Source: Acidimicrobiales bacterium (GTDB taxonomy: Bacteria; Patescibacteriota; Minisyncoccia; Phycocordibacterales; UBA918). Taken from it: 52,847 nucleotides of DNA. The stretch is from the NCBI GenBank assembly GCA_047638595.1, contig JBLIMJ010000005.1, forward strand, positions 1 through 52,847, in the 5' to 3' direction. Below, in pieces: positions 49,611 through 52,847 of the stretch (its first letter is position 1; every line of letters starts with the position of its first letter). The position numbers and the translations under genes were made by a program. The notes under the pieces were generated by a model. The model ran no database searches. It had not been told where the DNA came from and worked only from the letters and a program-made list of their open reading frames with translations.

Positions 49611-50845
49611 TATGAAATATGATTTACCAATACTCTAGTTTTAACAGACTGTAACGAAACCCTTTCCACACAGGTGACTATGATATCGCTTATGAGACCC
49701 TTTTTCATAACATCTGCTGCGGTTAACTCTGCGGTAAATTTAAAAGTATCCAAAAACGCATCACGCACAAGGTTTACAACCGCTTCAGAGCTTTCGGATT
49801 CTGTTGTAACTACCTCTATCTCAAGACGAACCACATCTTTATTTTTTATGTCTGGGTAGACATGTATCTGATACGCAGAAAAAGATTGCGGTAAAGAATC
49901 AAAGAAGGAATCCACTGCTCCAACACGCATTTCAAAACCGTGTACCCGCAACACATCAACACCTTCCCTTCCAGACAAGCGCAGTACAGGAGTTTGCTCG
50001 CCACAAGAACACAATCCATCAACAACCTCAAAGAAGTCACCTGTCTTATACCGAATAAGTGGAAATGCTGCATTTTGGGCAAATGTGACCACTAGTTCAC
50101 CATCTATTAGTTCCAATGCAACCAATGCCTCTTTTAATAAGTGAAATGTAGTTTCCTTTTGCTCCATGATATGTGCGCAGGGGTACAAAATACATTGCCC
50201 TACTTCAGCTGAGCTATATATGTTGGCAATCTGAGCATTTGGATACAAAGTTTCTAGCTGTATATACTTTGACTGAGTCAATAATTCAGACAACACTGTC
50301 ACCAACTTGATTTTACTTGGGTCATAATACTTTTTTATATATGGTGCTAAGGTAATTGCGAGTGTCGGTGTTGAATAAATTGCGTCACACTGTGTCTGTT
50401 GCGCTACAATAGCTGTATTTGCTAAATTCTCTAAATCCCCAAATACAGGAGTCACTTTCTTATGTGCAGTCCTGCACATCTTAATCACCGATGCAGAGAG
50501 TTTATTTAATTGTGGATGTACTGATAAAAACCGATCAACATCCAAACCCAGAGACGGTTCAAAAAAGTAATCGTCGACTTCAGCAAAGTAGGCCATCATA
50601 GGCACTCCTGAAGTCGTGCCTGAAGTAAACCCCACCGAAGCAACGTCTGTACGAGACACATACAGACGTTGATCTGCGGGAGTAATCACCACTTCTTCCC
50701 GGGTAAGAAACGGGAGGTCCTCTATGCCACCAGAAAAATCATCCCCTAATGATTCATACTTATTTGCATAGAACTCAGAAAAATGGCTTTTTCTCACTGA
50801 AGTAATCAGTGATTGTAACTCCTGCTTGTTTTCCCATAAAATCAT
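49610..50845 (-). CDS. Phenylacetate-CoA ligase-like adenylate-forming enzyme
   Basis: LPFLTRE, TSGTTSG, YSSAEVG, PLIRYKTGD, CSCG..P...GR. Confidence 0.8.
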   Translation of the reverse strand: MILWENKQELQSLITSVRKSHFSEFYANKYESLGDDFSGGIEDLPFLTREEVVITPADQRLYVSRTDVASVGFTSGTTSGVPMMAYFAEVDDYFFEPSLGLDVDRFLSVHPQLNKLSASVIKMCRTAHKKVTPVFGDLENLANTAIVAQQTQCDAIYSTPTLAITLAPYIKKYYDPSKIKLVTVLSELLTQSKYIQLETLYPNAQIANIYSSAEVGQCILYPCAHIMEQKETTFHLLKEALVALELIDGELVVTFAQNAAFPLIRYKTGDFFEVVDGLCSCGEQTPVLRLSGREGVDVLRVHGFEMRVGAVDSFFDSLPQSFSAYQIHVYPDIKNKDVVRLEIEVVTTESESSEAVVNLVRDAFLDTFKFTAELTAADVMKKGLISDIIVTCVERVSLQSVKTRVLVNHIS

Positions 50846-50909
50846 AAATATTCCATCTTAACTACAGATAGTACCTCCCCTGTTACCCTACGGCAAATAC
50901 ACTCGGGTG

Positions 50910-51728
50910 CTAGCGTGCGTCAAAAATAGCTCGCGTAAATACCGCAACAGCTTCAGAGTACTTTCCATACTGCTGTGCAAGTGCTTCTGCTTTATTTTCT
51001 GCCTCTGTAATAACATCTTGCTCAACAGGCTTCATTTCAAGTGTACCTTCAAAGACCAGCAGTAATTCTTTTGTCTGATCCATCGTTTCTGCTGTAGCGT
51101 CCATAAAGACAACATTTGCTGCCTGAAGCTCAGCTGGATGGCTCTGGTTAGACATTGCTACTTCATACTCTTTTAGAGTAGAAAATGAGTACTCAATATA
51201 TGATCGGATGACATCTATTTCTCCCTGAGCATCATCCATACGATCTCTTAAAGAATCAAAGTCTCCAGCAACTGCTGTCTGCTGTACATTAAGCATTGCT
51301 CTGCTGATGTCTCTTTGCATCATCAAACTCACTTCAGCAGCACTGTTGATTACCTTATTCAGCAGTGCTGGAGTATCTTCTGTCATGAGATCAGTCGGGA
51401 GCGGAATGACATAATATTGATATGGCTCATCACCTAATGCATCCAGATACTCTAATGCATCTTCTGGAGATGTCTGGTAATTCAAAGTGAATGTTTCACC
51501 TTCAGGTAAGACGTACTCTACCTCATGTGCCACCTCAGGCTCAGAGATGGTATCAGACGGAGTAACATCAACAACCTCTATCGGAGTAACAATATTCTTA
51601 TCTGAAAAAGGATAATATCCGCTCATTATGACAGCCACGAGTGTCACGACGGTGAGTAATAATGCACCAGCCATTCCGATTAAAGTATGTATGAAAAAAC
51701 GATGTGATTGAAATGAACTTAGGGGCAT
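50910..51728 (-). CDS. Hypothetical membrane-anchored helical protein
   Basis: N-terminal TM, helical acidic C-terminal region. Confidence 0.65.
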   Translation of the reverse strand: MPLSSFQSHRFFIHTLIGMAGALLLTVVTLVAVIMSGYYPFSDKNIVTPIEVVDVTPSDTISEPEVAHEVEYVLPEGETFTLNYQTSPEDALEYLDALGDEPYQYYVIPLPTDLMTEDTPALLNKVINSAAEVSLMMQRDISRAMLNVQQTAVAGDFDSLRDRMDDAQGEIDVIRSYIEYSFSTLKEYEVAMSNQSHPAELQAANVVFMDATAETMDQTKELLLVFEGTLEMKPVEQDVITEAENKAEALAQQYGKYSEAVAVFTRAIFDAR

Positions 51729-51945
51729 AAAATTTTATAGACAAATTATTACATAAATAATACCATGTTGTTACCTATAGATAGGTTTTTTATGAACAAC
51801 TCTGTATTACTTTAAAATAACCATTTTCATACACTATACACAGGGGAGTACTGCAAGACTTACATATATAGCTTACAATAATAAATTATACGCAGGAGAC
51901 CTCAGTGACACACAAGCTCATTACAATCAAAGGAAATATAGTTAT

Positions 51946-52674
51946 ATGAATCTACAAACAAAAAAAATAGTGACGGTACTACTTATACTCACATTAATGG
52001 TTTCATTTCCTCCTAAGCGGAGTGATGCGATTGTTCTGATTCTCACCCAGATAATCTCAGTAGTTACCATCGTACTCGATGCAATCATTCTTTGTGCAGT
52101 ATTTTGTGTAGGAGACGGAGGCTCGACAGCGACGGAGGTTACTTGTGAAGCAGGGGACGTTGGCACAAGCTGTAATGCTACTGATACCTGCTCTGATGGC
52201 TCCACTTCAGACATCCCTGGTACCTGGACCAGTGAAGGATCCGGCAGCTGTACCTGCAGACCGAACCTTACTGCATGCTCCCCTGCCAACTACTGCAACA
52301 TGAAAAATACTGGAATAGCCTCATGTGGATCTTGCTACGCCGCAAACGGTGAAGTGGTAACCGCTCCATCAGATTCACTGTGTGTGGAAAATCTCTCTGA
52401 CAATGCACTTTCGATTAACCCTCCCCTTGTTCGCAATAATGGAACTGCAACCCTCGTATGGAATGTAGGTTCAAACTATCCAGCAGACTGTACGCTTGAA
52501 GGTCCTCATATATCCAATCCTTTTGCAGCGGTTACAGAAGCCAATGCCTTATCATTCCAAATGGGAACTATCGAAATAAACCCAGTTACAGGACCTCACA
52601 ACTACACACTTACATGTAGAACTTCTTCAATCTCAAAGCAAATACGTATCCTTCCTGCATTCGAAGAAGTCTAG
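51946..52674 (+). CDS. Cys-rich surface/secreted protein
   Basis: Hydrophobic N-terminus, many Cys, C-terminal PPLVR...LVW...YTLTC Ig-like segment. Confidence 0.65.
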   Translation: MNLQTKKIVTVLLILTLMVSFPPKRSDAIVLILTQIISVVTIVLDAIILCAVFCVGDGGSTATEVTCEAGDVGTSCNATDTCSDGSTSDIPGTWTSEGSGSCTCRPNLTACSPANYCNMKNTGIASCGSCYAANGEVVTAPSDSLCVENLSDNALSINPPLVRNNGTATLVWNVGSNYPADCTLEGPHISNPFAAVTEANALSFQMGTIEINPVTGPHNYTLTCRTSSISKQIRILPAFEEV

Positions 52675-52732
52675 CTGCTATACACAAGAGCATGAACACA
52701 TTTATACGGGTATATTATATAATTCATACTAT

Positions 52733-52847
52733 ATGCAAAAGTTCACATTTAATTTCTATGCCTCAGTAACTGCACTTGCAGTTGGTCTGATTGCATTGGT
52801 GGTACTTGGATTTCAGCAAGTCCAAGCCACAACTCAAGGCAAAGTTG
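52733..52847 (+). CDS. Secreted protein, truncated by window edge
   Basis: MQKFTFNFYASVTALAVGLIALVVLGFQQVQA... signal-peptide-like, open to the end. Confidence 0.55.
   Translation, partial: MQKFTFNFYASVTALAVGLIALVVLGFQQVQATTQGKV

Overview
Chromosomal segment of a small-genome bacterium, most likely Patescibacteria/CPR (Parcubacteria-like). This is inferred from the pilM-N-O-x-pilB-RR-pilT-pilC-pilin-pilD cluster with divergent comF, many apparently leaderless genes, and tRNA-Ile(UAU). Core genes: type IV pilus locus, recQ, malic enzyme, recG, MacAB-like ABC exporter, ftsH, smpB and tmRNA. Accessory content includes several lipid-active enzymes, a small gene islet at the tmRNA 3' end, and pseudogene remnants (xfp/ackA fusion, recQ fragments, frameshifted GGCT). 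The most striking signal is non-coding: a family of small structured elements with compensatory base changes, made of a TAC-triloop hairpin, a long hairpin and sometimes a third hairpin. They lie inside mirror-image duplications of the 3' ends of both tRNA-Ser genes and pilC, and inside an interrupted copy of tRNA-Ile. A separate 126-bp palindrome sits in frame in recG. Two rare anticodons are present, Ser(ACU) and Ile(UAU). All calls come from manual reading and motif recognition; no database searches were run.
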